The notes below the pieces were generated by a model that worked only from the letters and a program-made list of their open reading frames with translations, had not been told where the DNA came from and searched no databases. Position numbers and translations under genes: made by a program. Shown one piece after another: positions 10,717 through 20,427 of a DNA stretch of 64,000 nt. This DNA comes from Bacteroidota bacterium (GTDB lineage Bacteria > Bacteroidota > Bacteroidia > Flavobacteriales_C > GCA-002722245), in assembly GCA_026390935.1 (NCBI GenBank), contig JAPLEZ010000153.1:4052-68051 (forward strand). The letters run 5' to 3'. How positions within the stretch are numbered: position 1 is the first letter of the stretch; each line of letters begins with the position of its first letter.

Positions 10717-11759
10717 TAAAAGTTGGTAATAAACTCATCGGCAAAGGAGCTCCCTGTTTCATTGCAGCCGAAATAGGTATTAATCACAACGGTGATATGG
10801 ACTTGGCATGCAAAATGATTGACGCGGCTAAGGAAGCAGGCGCCGATGCCATTAAATTTCAGAACTACAAAACAGAAGATTTTGTTTTGAATAAAGAACT
10901 CACCTACGATTATATTTCGGGTGGAAAAAAAGTGACAGAAACTCAATTTGATATGTTCAAGCGCTATGAGCTGACGCGCGAACAATTGAAGTTTTTGAAA
11001 GCTTACTCGGATAAAGTCGGACTGACTTTTTTCAGCACTCCTACCGGTGAAGATGGTATTCAGGATTTGTTGGATGCGGGTTGTGAGTTGTTTAAAAATG
11101 GTTCGGATTACCTCGTGAATCTTGAATTGATTCAGGCTTTTGCCCGTACCGGTAAACCTTTGATCATCTCCACGGGGATGTCGGTTTTAGGTGAAATTGA
11201 TGATGCCGTTCGTGCCTTTGAAGAAGCAGGTGGAAAAGAATTATTGATTCTGCATTGTACTTCTCAATATCCAACACCTCCGCTGGATGTGCATTTGAAT
11301 AAAATCACCACATTAAAAAATACTTTCCCTTATCCTATTGGCTTCAGCGATCATTCCGACGGCATTATTGCTGCCGTAGGTTCTGTGGCACTGGGAGCAG
11401 TTTTCATTGAAAAACATTACACTTTAGATAAAAATTTACCGGGTCCCGATCATCGTTTTTCCATGGATCCGAAAGAATTGAAAGAATTGGTTACTGCAGT
11501 GCGCGCCATTGAACAAAACATGGGCTCTCCGGTGATTGGGCCTACGGCTTCGGAAGCGAAAGGTCGCAGAGATTACCGCTTGTCGTGTATCGTTAACAAG
11601 GATGTTCCTGCCGGACACCAATTAACGGAAAGCGATATTATTTTCTCGCGTCCGGCTACAGGCTTACCGCCTAAATTCAAATCTCAACTGGTGGGACGAA
11701 AATTGGTAAAAGCATTGAAAGTCGGACAAGTAGTCACACTCGATTCTTTAAACGGATAA
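10713..11759 (+). CDS. pseI: Pseudaminic acid synthase / N-acetylneuraminate-synthase family (PseI/NeuB)
   Basis: GKGAPCFIAAEIGINHNGDMDLA...AIKFQ (NeuB family TIM-barrel motif), C-terminal SAF domain (VVTLDSL). Confidence 0.8.
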   Translation: MIKVGNKLIGKGAPCFIAAEIGINHNGDMDLACKMIDAAKEAGADAIKFQNYKTEDFVLNKELTYDYISGGKKVTETQFDMFKRYELTREQLKFLKAYSDKVGLTFFSTPTGEDGIQDLLDAGCELFKNGSDYLVNLELIQAFARTGKPLIISTGMSVLGEIDDAVRAFEEAGGKELLILHCTSQYPTPPLDVHLNKITTLKNTFPYPIGFSDHSDGIIAAVGSVALGAVFIEKHYTLDKNLPGPDHRFSMDPKELKELVTAVRAIEQNMGSPVIGPTASEAKGRRDYRLSCIVNKDVPAGHQLTESDIIFSRPATGLPPKFKSQLVGRKLVKALKVGQVVTLDSLNG

Positions 11760-12238
11760 TGAACAACTTCAGAAAAATGGAAGTGGACGACGCCCCATTG
11801 GTTTACCAGTGGCGCAATGATCCATTCATCATGAAACTGGGGTCTTTGCAGCAAACTGTTACCTGGGAAGATCATTACAACTGGATTAAAAATACCGTTG
11901 AAGGCAATAAGCGCCGCGCATTTGTTTTGTTGCAAAACAACGAGCCCTGCGGACAAATTCGCTTTGATGCATTCAACAGCGATAATATTACTACAGGCGA
12001 TTCCTGTGTGGTATCGGTGTATCTGCTGGAGCGATATACCGGTAAAGGTCAGGGTGTTCAATATTTAAAAGAAGTTTGTGCTGCGTTTTTTCAAAACAAC
12101 TGCAACATCAAAAATATTTATGCTTTTGTAAGGGACGATAATGCTGCCGGACAGAAAGGCTTTGAGAAAGCAGGATTTCAAAAAATAAATAACAACGTTC
12201 CTGAATACCATCAGGGATATTTAATGCAAACAAAGTGA
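11759..12238 (+). CDS. pseH: GNAT N-acetyltransferase, PseH-like (UDP-4-amino-4,6-dideoxy-N-acetyl-beta-L-altrosamine N-acetyltransferase)
   Basis: 159 aa, YQWRNDPFIMK...; GNAT size and position directly after pseI (TAATG overlap). Confidence 0.6.
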   Translation: MNNFRKMEVDDAPLVYQWRNDPFIMKLGSLQQTVTWEDHYNWIKNTVEGNKRRAFVLLQNNEPCGQIRFDAFNSDNITTGDSCVVSVYLLERYTGKGQGVQYLKEVCAAFFQNNCNIKNIYAFVRDDNAAGQKGFEKAGFQKINNNVPEYHQGYLMQTK

Positions 12239-13269
12239 TTCCACACAACCGACTCACATATGACCAACGCGAGGAAGAGGAAGTGCTTAGCACTATCCGC
12301 AGTGGTTATTGGGCGGGTGGTCCAAAGGTGAAAGCACTGGAGGAAGCACTAAAAAAGAAGTTGAACAGAGCCTATGCTTTTGGCGTTGGCAGCGGAGTAG
12401 GTGGCTTGCGCATTGCGCTGTTAAGCGTTGGTATACGTGAAAATGGTGAAGTAATTCTTCCCGGATATTGCTGCGTGGCTTTAACCAATGCCATTTTAAA
12501 TATTGGCGCTATTCCTGTACCAGTGGATGTTTCGGGTACCGACTGGAACATTTCTCTTGAAAGCGTTCAACAAAAAATTACTCCAAAAACGAAAGCCATT
12601 ATAGCTGTAAATACTTTTGGTGCTCCAGCTAATATTGAGGTTTTGAAAAAATTTAATCTTCCTGTAATTGAAGATTGCGCGCACGGTTTTGGTGAAAGCG
12701 GAATGGGGGCACAGGGCGATGTTTCTGTATTGTCTCTTTATGCGTCTAAATTTATTGGTTGTGGGGAAGGTGGTGTGGTACTAACCAACAATAAGAGCTA
12801 TGCAGAACGCATTGAAGATTATAGGGATTATGCCGATAAATTACCTGATAAAAATAAGCTCAATGATAAAATGAACGATCTCGAGGCAAGTATTGCATTG
12901 GTGCAGCTGAGTAAAGTTGATTTATTTATTGACAAAAGAAGAGCTATCGCGCAAAAATATAATGAAGCATTATCACGGGAATCACAATTGATTTTACCAG
13001 CTTTTTCTTCCAATAGAATATGGTACCGTTATGTGATTTCTCTTAAAAGTGTAGAAGCAAAAAAACTCATTGATTTATTTATGGCAGAAGGTGTGAAAAC
13101 CGATGCTCCTGTGGAGGATTGGCGAACAGATGTTTATCGCAAAGATCCAATGTTAAATACAGATCGCGCTTACAATTCTTTGTTATCTGTTCCTATTTAC
13201 CCATCTTTATCCAACGAGGAGCAGGATATCGTAATTCAATCTATTAAAAACGTATTAAAAAAAATATAA
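12235..13269 (+). CDS. DegT/DnrJ/EryC1-family PLP aminotransferase (short form)
   Basis: VSVLSLYASKFIGCGEGGVVLTNN (S-x-x-K PLP lysine followed by GEGG). Confidence 0.6.
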   Translation: MIPHNRLTYDQREEEEVLSTIRSGYWAGGPKVKALEEALKKKLNRAYAFGVGSGVGGLRIALLSVGIRENGEVILPGYCCVALTNAILNIGAIPVPVDVSGTDWNISLESVQQKITPKTKAIIAVNTFGAPANIEVLKKFNLPVIEDCAHGFGESGMGAQGDVSVLSLYASKFIGCGEGGVVLTNNKSYAERIEDYRDYADKLPDKNKLNDKMNDLEASIALVQLSKVDLFIDKRRAIAQKYNEALSRESQLILPAFSSNRIWYRYVISLKSVEAKKLIDLFMAEGVKTDAPVEDWRTDVYRKDPMLNTDRAYNSLLSVPIYPSLSNEEQDIVIQSIKNVLKKI

Positions 13270-13880
13270 TGGCAGCAACAGTTTTCGACGAAATAAACGA
13301 TTATTACAATCAAAGAATTGCACAGTTTGGTTACGATAGTAAATCGTGTGATTACGGGCACTCCCGTTCTCAGGAGATTAAATTTGATGTGATTGGAAAT
13401 TCTGTGGATTTCAACGGGAAATCAGTGCTGGATGTAGGTTGCGGTTTTGCCGATTTCAATAATTATTTGAAAAATAAGTTTAAGGATGTGCATTATACTG
13501 GAGTGGACATTACTTCGGGAATGGTGGAGAATGCTCAGAAATTGAATCCTGGTGTAGATATTTTCCAAAAAAATATTCTCAGCGATGATATGGGTAAAAC
13601 CTTTGATGTGGTGACGGCAAACGGTATATTTTATTTGTTAGGAGATAACGCTCAGCAAATCATGAATGACCTGGTGACAAAGATGTTTGAATTGTCGAGT
13701 GGAGTCGTGATTTTCAATTCCCTTAGCACTTGGGCACCAGATATTGAAAAAGGAGAATTTTATGCTGATCCGGCCAAAACATTGGAGTTCTGCAGAAAAT
13801 TAACGCCATGGGTGAGCTTGCGTCACGATTACCATCCAAGAGATTTCACAGTGTGGATGTATAAAGAAAGAACAAAATAA
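13269..13880 (+). CDS. Class I SAM-dependent methyltransferase
   Basis: VLDVGCGFADF motif I. Confidence 0.6.
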   Translation: MAATVFDEINDYYNQRIAQFGYDSKSCDYGHSRSQEIKFDVIGNSVDFNGKSVLDVGCGFADFNNYLKNKFKDVHYTGVDITSGMVENAQKLNPGVDIFQKNILSDDMGKTFDVVTANGIFYLLGDNAQQIMNDLVTKMFELSSGVVIFNSLSTWAPDIEKGEFYADPAKTLEFCRKLTPWVSLRHDYHPRDFTVWMYKERTK

Positions 13881-13881
13881 G

Positions 13882-14589
13882 ATGATAGTTTCTATCAATC
13901 AACCTGCCTATTTGCCGTGGCTTGGCTATTACTACAGAATAGCGAAGTCGGATATTTTTATTTACCTCGATCATGTGCAGTTTGAAAAGAACAGCATGAC
14001 CAATCGCAATAAAATTAAAACATCAAATGGCGCTGTAATGCTAACCGTTCCGGTGAAAACCAGCGGTAAGTTTGGTGATTTAAAAATTGCCGAACTGGAA
14101 ATTGATCCGGCACAAAAGTGGGCAAAAAAACATTTGAGTTCCATACAGCAGGCCTATTCCAAGGCGCCTTATTTCAAGGAAATTTTTCCTTCTCTGGAAG
14201 CGATTTATGCCAAGCCTTTCACACATCTGAATGAAGTGTTGAAGGAGATGAATAATTTTTTATTGTCATATCTGGAGATCAACACAAAGGTGCTGTACAG
14301 CTCGGAAATGAAGGCCGAGGGAGCAAAGAGTGAATTGGTGTTGAACCTCTGCAAAGAAGTAGGCGCAACAACTTATTTGTCGGGTCCTTTCGGCAGGGAT
14401 TACCTTGATCTTCCTTCTTTTGAACAAGCGGGAATTAAAGTGGAATATGCCGATTACCAGCATCCCGAATATCCTCAATTACACGGCGCTTTTGAACCTT
14501 ACTTAACGGTGTTCGATGTGCTTTTCAATCACGGAAAAAAAAGTTTAGAAATCATATTATCCAATCAAAATGAATCCATTAGCAAATAA
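13882..14589 (+). CDS. WbqC-family protein (polysaccharide biosynthesis)
   Basis: N-term MIVSINQPAYLPWLGYYYRI matches WbqC family start (HQPxxxPWLGYF). Confidence 0.7.
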   Translation: MIVSINQPAYLPWLGYYYRIAKSDIFIYLDHVQFEKNSMTNRNKIKTSNGAVMLTVPVKTSGKFGDLKIAELEIDPAQKWAKKHLSSIQQAYSKAPYFKEIFPSLEAIYAKPFTHLNEVLKEMNNFLLSYLEINTKVLYSSEMKAEGAKSELVLNLCKEVGATTYLSGPFGRDYLDLPSFEQAGIKVEYADYQHPEYPQLHGAFEPYLTVFDVLFNHGKKSLEIILSNQNESISK

Positions 14590-15280
14590 AAGAATATTGG
14601 TTGTAGTGGCTCATCCCGATGATGAATTGTTGGGTCTCGGAGCCACCATGCACAAACTTATTTCTAAATACAATGTTACGGCAAGAGCCATCATTTTGGG
14701 AGAAGGAATTACTTCCCGTTCGGATGCAAGAGATGTAAAAAAATGGGAAGAGCATTTGAAAGAGCACAAAGCAAACATTCAAAACGCTGCTGCCTGCATT
14801 GGTTTTGAAAGCGTTGGTGTGTATGATTTTCCGGATAACCGCTTTGATTCTGTTGCTTTGCTGGATCTGGTAAAAGTGATTGAAAAAGAAAAAGAAGAAT
14901 TCAAACCTGAAGTGATTTTTACGCACCATGGAGGAGATACGAATATTGATCACCGTCAGACTTTCGACGCTGTGGTGACTGCCTGTAGAACGCTGGAAGG
15001 AGAAGGAGTGAAAGATATTTATACTTTTGAAACACCATCCTCTACCGAATGGCAGGCGGCCAATTATCCAAATTATTTTAGGCCCAACATCTTTTTCCAA
15101 GTTGAAGAAGAAAATGTAAAGGCGAAAGTAGAAGCCATGGAATGTTATGTTTTTGAAAAACGACCTTTTCCTCATCCTCGTTCAGGAGAAGCGCTAATGA
15201 TTCAGGCGCAGCGCTGGGGAATAGTAGTTGGTTGCAAATATGCCGAAGCCTTCATGCACATTCGTGGAGTTTACAGTTAA
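14570..15280 (+). CDS. PIG-L/LmbE-family N-acetylglucosaminyl deacetylase
   Basis: VVVAHPDDELLGLGATM (AHPDDE motif). Confidence 0.75.
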   Translation: MNPLANKRILVVVAHPDDELLGLGATMHKLISKYNVTARAIILGEGITSRSDARDVKKWEEHLKEHKANIQNAAACIGFESVGVYDFPDNRFDSVALLDLVKVIEKEKEEFKPEVIFTHHGGDTNIDHRQTFDAVVTACRTLEGEGVKDIYTFETPSSTEWQAANYPNYFRPNIFFQVEEENVKAKVEAMECYVFEKRPFPHPRSGEALMIQAQRWGIVVGCKYAEAFMHIRGVYS

Positions 15281-15286
15281 TAATTA

Positions 15287-16711
15287 ATGGAAGCAGTAGA
15301 AGTAAAAGAAAAAAGTTCCGTTCAGGGTTTGCGTATTGGCCTATACTTGCTGCTCAACATTGCAGGATATATAGTGTGGAGCCAGCATTTGCTTTCTCCT
15401 TTGGGAGTTGAAATTTTGTATGTGGTACTTTTTTCTGCTTCCATGATCTTTGAATTCAGAGTAAAAGAAGATCGTTTTTTTGCTTTGCCACCTGCTTTTT
15501 TTTCTTTGTATGCCTACATTCAAATTATTTGGTCGGGGTATTTTTTCATGGAATACGGGTTGGGGGAATGGATATATTTTGACGGAGATCCCGACATAGT
15601 CAATAGAACTTCCATCTATACTTATCTTGCTACCTGTGTATTGTGGATTTCTTTTTATTTATTTCCCGGTTTTAAAGTAGATCTTTTCAAAAAGATCAAT
15701 TTTGTTGGAGTATCCAGAAATGTGGTTTTTGGCATGGTTGCCCTTTCTTTGATTTCATTGATCGTTGGTATAGAACTTGGCGTATATGGCTATCAGGCTA
15801 AAGAAGATGGTTCAGCTGTGATTTTCTACATCAGGTATTTTGTTGATTTGGGATGGCTCGCAATTATTTTTATTCTGATTTATTACTACGACGATAAAAG
15901 ATACAGGCGACTCATGTATATGTTGGTAATCATTTATTTTTTTGCCGGTATTGCCTTTGGTTCCAAATCCACAGCGGTAGCGCCTATTTTATTGTTTGCG
16001 GTGGGACTTTACATGACCGGCAGGAAAATAAAACTTGCTTTTATCATTGGGGCGGCTCTTACTGTTGTGGTTGCATTTACTGTGATTGAACCTTTCAGGA
16101 TGTATTACCAATTCATTGGAGATAAATACGATACCAGTAATCCGGCAGATTTAGTTAGAATGTATCGGGAGGCCTATCTTTTATCACAGCAATTGGAAGA
16201 TGATGAAAAGGCTGATATGGCACTGATGCTGGCCAGCAGGCAAAATAACATTGCGGCATTAGGGCTAACACTTCAATATGCAGAGAAGTATAATTATTAT
16301 GCTACTGATGAATATAAGCATCTTCTTTTGTCTCCTTTGTACGCTTTTGTCCCCAGGTTTATATGGTCTTCTAAACCTTTAGCAGATATTGGTCATTGGG
16401 CCAGTGTAAATATTTATGGTGGTTCTGACGAAAATAGCATTGGCATAACTCCGCAAGGCTATGCTTATTTGATTGGAAGAGAATGGGGAATTATATTTAT
16501 TTTTTTTATTTATGGAATGATGCAGCGTTTAATATTCAGCACCTTTTACGCCAATAAAAAATTTCTCCCCTTATATATCCTTATGTATTTTAGTGTTGGT
16601 TATCCTTCAGAGCTACCATGGGCCAATGTTGCAGGGACATTGAAGCAAGCCGTTGTTCTTTTGCCGGCTATTTATTTATTCGCCATTAAAGTGAAAATTG
16701 CTGAAAAGTAA
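15287..16711 (+). CDS. Polytopic membrane protein, putative O-antigen/oligosaccharide repeat-unit polymerase (Wzy-like)
   Basis: 474 aa, >10 hydrophobic segments, position within polysaccharide locus. Confidence 0.4.
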   Translation: MEAVEVKEKSSVQGLRIGLYLLLNIAGYIVWSQHLLSPLGVEILYVVLFSASMIFEFRVKEDRFFALPPAFFSLYAYIQIIWSGYFFMEYGLGEWIYFDGDPDIVNRTSIYTYLATCVLWISFYLFPGFKVDLFKKINFVGVSRNVVFGMVALSLISLIVGIELGVYGYQAKEDGSAVIFYIRYFVDLGWLAIIFILIYYYDDKRYRRLMYMLVIIYFFAGIAFGSKSTAVAPILLFAVGLYMTGRKIKLAFIIGAALTVVVAFTVIEPFRMYYQFIGDKYDTSNPADLVRMYREAYLLSQQLEDDEKADMALMLASRQNNIAALGLTLQYAEKYNYYATDEYKHLLLSPLYAFVPRFIWSSKPLADIGHWASVNIYGGSDENSIGITPQGYAYLIGREWGIIFIFFIYGMMQRLIFSTFYANKKFLPLYILMYFSVGYPSELPWANVAGTLKQAVVLLPAIYLFAIKVKIAEK

Positions 16712-16715
16712 AGTT

Positions 16716-17675
16716 TTAAGCAAGGTTTTTTAATTCTTCTTCCACCAGTAAATCCAGCACCTGAAAGAAATTTAAATCGTAGTTCCAGCCCAATTCTTTT
16801 TTTGCTTTTGAATTGTCGCCGTAGTTGTTCAGGATATCATCGGGACGGAAAAATTCATAGTTGATCACGAGTTTATCCATGCTCACGTTGAATTTTTTAA
16901 AGAGGTATTCTATAATTTCTCGCAAAGAAACTGAAGTTCCAGAACAGATAATAAAGTCATCGGCCGTAGAATGCTTGAGCATTTTTGCGATGGCTTCGGC
17001 ATAGCGTGGTGCATAGCCAAAATCGCGACGGATATCAATATTGCCCACTTCCAGTTTGTCCTGCAATCCTCTGGAAATTTTTATGGTTTCGTCGATTACC
17101 TTTTTAACGAAAAAGTTTTTGGATCTTAAGTACGATTCGTGGTTGAAGAGAATTCCGCAGGATACAAAGAGTCCGTAAGAAATCCTATAACTTTTTGCAA
17201 TGAAATGAGCACTGGTTTTAGAGATGGCGTAAGGGCTCAAAGGATTCAAGGAAGTATTTTCTGTAATCGGCAGGTGCTCTACCTTCCCAAACATTTCACT
17301 GGAAGAAGCCTGGTATATTCTGATATTTGGATTGATTTCCCGCACAGATTCAAGGATATTGAGCAGTGAGATGGTGTTGAATCGAATAGTGCCGATGGGT
17401 TGTTTAAATGAAATACCCACAGAACTTTGTGCGGCAAGGTTGTAAATTTCATCGGGTTTGTATTGCTTAATAATGTTGCTCACCCTTGAATAATCCAGTA
17501 AATCACATTCCTCCACAATTACTTTTTCGGAAATTCCTAAGTATTGCAAATTGCTCAATTCCAGGTGACGGTAGCTTCTGCTGAGGCCAACTACCCTATA
17601 GCCTTCTTCTAAAAGCAATTTGGCCAGATAGCCTCCGTCTTGTCCTGATATTCCTGTTATTAATGCTGTTTTCAT
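16716..17675 (-). CDS. NAD-dependent epimerase/dehydratase of GDP-mannose 4,6-dehydratase/GDP-4-keto-6-deoxymannose reductase family
   Basis: N-term ALITGISGQDGGYLAKLLLEEGYRVVGLSR (Gmd-type Rossmann signature), YAISK (YxxxK). Confidence 0.65.
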   Translation of the reverse strand: MKTALITGISGQDGGYLAKLLLEEGYRVVGLSRSYRHLELSNLQYLGISEKVIVEECDLLDYSRVSNIIKQYKPDEIYNLAAQSSVGISFKQPIGTIRFNTISLLNILESVREINPNIRIYQASSSEMFGKVEHLPITENTSLNPLSPYAISKTSAHFIAKSYRISYGLFVSCGILFNHESYLRSKNFFVKKVIDETIKISRGLQDKLEVGNIDIRRDFGYAPRYAEAIAKMLKHSTADDFIICSGTSVSLREIIEYLFKKFNVSMDKLVINYEFFRPDDILNNYGDNSKAKKELGWNYDLNFFQVLDLLVEEELKNLA

Positions 17676-17704
17676 CAGATTCCAAAAATAGCTAAAATAA
17701 TATA

Positions 17705-17712
17705 TACTTTTG
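17705..17712 (+). promoter_or_regulatory. Candidate Bacteroidetes -7 promoter element (TAnnTTTG: tacttttg) ~18 nt upstream of start at 17731
   Basis: Seen in sequence; matches Bacteroidetes sigma-A -7 consensus. Confidence 0.25.
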
Positions 17713-17730
17713 CAGACACAATAGACCCCA

Positions 17731-18648
17731 ATGAAATTAACCTTTTACCGAGAGAAATATGTAGTTAAACTAAGCTGTTTAGTCACTTTTTTGTTTTGGG
17801 TTTTGCAGCCGGTAAAGGGCTTCGTGCCTAAATTGCGTAAGTTGGCTTCTCTGTTTCTTTTTGTGAAACCAGGAGTGAAAATTAACAGGGAATTGGTGAG
17901 AAACGATTTTTCGTGGTTGCGCTATGCAACTGATGGCAATCGCATGCAGTTTTTTGATCTTGATGCAAAAAGAGTGATAAAGGTGGATCTCAAGATCAAC
18001 AAAGTGCAAATGCAAAAGGAAATTGAAGCGCGGAAGTTAATGGGAGATAATAGTCCGATTGTCATCAACTACCAGGAAGACCAAGGCATACTCACCGAGC
18101 AATGGATGAAATTGAAACCTACACCTGTTGATCTTTCTTTGGCTCATGATGCGTTTAAAATTTTAAGCGAAAAATTTCATGTTGTTAGAATGGTAGCGGT
18201 CGCAGAATATCTGCCGCAATTTTCATTTGTAAATAATATATCTGCTCTTCAAAAATTTGTGAAGGCAAATGGTATCGAATTCCTCAATATTTCACGCATT
18301 CATGGCGACATTTGGGCCGGAAATTTATGTTACAATGAAAGCGGAAAGCTAATTTTATTGGATTGGGAATACACCTCTGAAGCCATTGTTTCACATGATG
18401 TGTGGACCTACTTGTTTCAAATGTACAATTCACAAAAACTTTCCTTTGATGACGTGTATTTCAAAGCTTTTTCTAATTCATTAACAATGGTTTATGGAAA
18501 AGAAATAGAGGTAAATCAGGCAAAGACCTATCATTTATTGCACCTTCTTGAGAGATATCGTTTATATTTATCCCTTGAAATGAAGGAGAAGAAGGATGAG
18601 TTGGAATTTTTTAAAAGGCAAATCAATCAAATTATTCAAATTTTATAA
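17731..18648 (+). CDS. Aminoglycoside-phosphotransferase/choline-kinase-fold protein (putative sugar or small-molecule kinase)
   Basis: IHGDIWAGNLCYNESGKLILLDWEYTS (HGDxxxxN catalytic loop and DWE of APH/ChoK fold). Confidence 0.45.
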   Translation: MKLTFYREKYVVKLSCLVTFLFWVLQPVKGFVPKLRKLASLFLFVKPGVKINRELVRNDFSWLRYATDGNRMQFFDLDAKRVIKVDLKINKVQMQKEIEARKLMGDNSPIVINYQEDQGILTEQWMKLKPTPVDLSLAHDAFKILSEKFHVVRMVAVAEYLPQFSFVNNISALQKFVKANGIEFLNISRIHGDIWAGNLCYNESGKLILLDWEYTSEAIVSHDVWTYLFQMYNSQKLSFDDVYFKAFSNSLTMVYGKEIEVNQAKTYHLLHLLERYRLYLSLEMKEKKDELEFFKRQINQIIQIL

Positions 18649-18651
18649 AGC

Positions 18652-19386
18652 ATGTCACAACCCTTATCACAACGAATGAATTACCATCCTGATCCTCGGG
18701 ATTTATCAAATGCAGATAGAAAAGTAGGAATGCGTCTCGACCTTATTAAATCAAAAGTTGATTTTAAAGATAAAGTGGTTTTAGACTTAGGTTGCAGCGG
18801 AGGATTTTTCTCTTTTTCGCTGGCCAAAGATGCCAAAAAAGTGATTGCCATTGATGGTGATCCAGAAATCATCAAAAGAAATAAAGCCATTCAAAAAGAT
18901 TTGGGCATAGAAAACATTGAGTTTATTCACGGCACCATTTCCAAGGAGTTTATTGACAGTTTGGAAAAAATTGATGTCACTATCTTCTTGTCAGTTTACC
19001 ATCACATGCTGTCAATTTCCGACGCTTACGACTGGAACCAAGGACAAAATGAAGGCGCAAGAAATCAATTCATTGAGGCCTTGAACAGCAAAACAAACAC
19101 GCTTGTTTTTGAAATTGGTTTTCCCAATGAAGGCTACGAGTGGTGCGAAAGAATTCCTAAATACGAACCGAACTGGAACGAGTGGGTGAAACAAAATGTA
19201 TTCAGAGGTAAATACAAAAGTATTGATGTGTCGGAAGGCCCCGTACATGTTGGCTGGATCAACAAAAGCATTGTTTCAAAATTAAGCACTCCTTACAAAC
19301 AGGATTCGGGCTTCCTTAGAAAAATTAAAAATGTTTTCAAGTTTGATGCCCGCGATTTACGAAGAATTTACGTTGGTAAAAAGTAA
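18652..19386 (+). CDS. Class I SAM-dependent methyltransferase
   Basis: VVLDLGCSGGFFSFSLA motif I. Confidence 0.55.
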   Translation: MSQPLSQRMNYHPDPRDLSNADRKVGMRLDLIKSKVDFKDKVVLDLGCSGGFFSFSLAKDAKKVIAIDGDPEIIKRNKAIQKDLGIENIEFIHGTISKEFIDSLEKIDVTIFLSVYHHMLSISDAYDWNQGQNEGARNQFIEALNSKTNTLVFEIGFPNEGYEWCERIPKYEPNWNEWVKQNVFRGKYKSIDVSEGPVHVGWINKSIVSKLSTPYKQDSGFLRKIKNVFKFDARDLRRIYVGKK

Positions 19387-19389
19387 GGA

Positions 19390-20427
19390 ATGAAAATACT
19401 TTTTGTTGCAACTCAAATCAATGGCAATGGTGGAATTCCGCGCTTTAAACGCAATTTAATCAAGCAGCTTAAAAGCAGGGAAAATACTACGGTGGAAGTT
19501 GTTTCTTTAAACGATAGTGAAAAGGAATACAACGGCGCAGGAAAAAATAAAATTAAGTTTTTATTCACTTTCATTCGTGTCATGATCCGCTTCAAACCCG
19601 ATCAGGTGGTATTGGGACATATCCATTTGGTGAAGCTTGCCCGCTTTAAGTTTTTATTTCCATCGGCTTATTGGCACAGCATTTTGTATGGTATTGAAGT
19701 GTGGTTCAAAAGAGATGAACTGTTAAAACATTACCCATCTATCAGTCGCTACTGGGCCATCAGCAATTATACTAAGGCTAAGTTTGCCGAAACCAATAAC
19801 ATAGCTCTTGATAAAATAAAGTTGATTGTTTTGACTACTCCTTCCGACTGGGATCCAAAAGAGTTGGTGCTAACTGATAGCTCTTTCTTTTTGTCGGTTT
19901 CAAGATTGGATAAAAGCGAAGGATACAAAGGCATTGATAAAACGATTGAAGCCATTTACCAGAACAAAGCAGAGATGCAGTCGCTCGGTTACAAATATGT
20001 GATTGTAGCGGCGGGTGATGATTTGCCGCGTCATGTAGATATGGTGAAAAACTATAATTTGTCGGATATTATTTCCATTAAATCGGGAGTGAGTGACGTT
20101 GAGCTGAAGGAATTATACCGAACCACCAGTTGTTCAATTTTACCTTCCAGCGGTGAAGGTTTCGGTTTTATTTTTTTAGAGGCTATGGCTTTCAAAAAAG
20201 CTTGCATCGGCTGTAAAAACTGTGGAAGCGAAGATTTGATTGAGCACGATAAAACAGGATATCTGGTGGAACCAAAAGTGGAAGACATTTGGAAGCACAT
20301 GCGCTTGCTGATGCTGGATCCGGCAAAGAGCAAAGCCATGGGAGAGGCCGGTTATATTAAAAGAGAAAAAGAGTTTAAGGGCGCACGCACCGAAGACAAC
20401 ATTAAGGAACTATTATGTGTGGAATAG
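19390..20427 (+). CDS. Glycosyltransferase family 4 (GT-B)
   Basis: SSGEGFGFIFLEAMAFKKACIG (EX7E-type GT4 motif). Confidence 0.7.
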   Translation: MKILFVATQINGNGGIPRFKRNLIKQLKSRENTTVEVVSLNDSEKEYNGAGKNKIKFLFTFIRVMIRFKPDQVVLGHIHLVKLARFKFLFPSAYWHSILYGIEVWFKRDELLKHYPSISRYWAISNYTKAKFAETNNIALDKIKLIVLTTPSDWDPKELVLTDSSFFLSVSRLDKSEGYKGIDKTIEAIYQNKAEMQSLGYKYVIVAAGDDLPRHVDMVKNYNLSDIISIKSGVSDVELKELYRTTSCSILPSSGEGFGFIFLEAMAFKKACIGCKNCGSEDLIEHDKTGYLVEPKVEDIWKHMRLLMLDPAKSKAMGEAGYIKREKEFKGARTEDNIKELLCVE

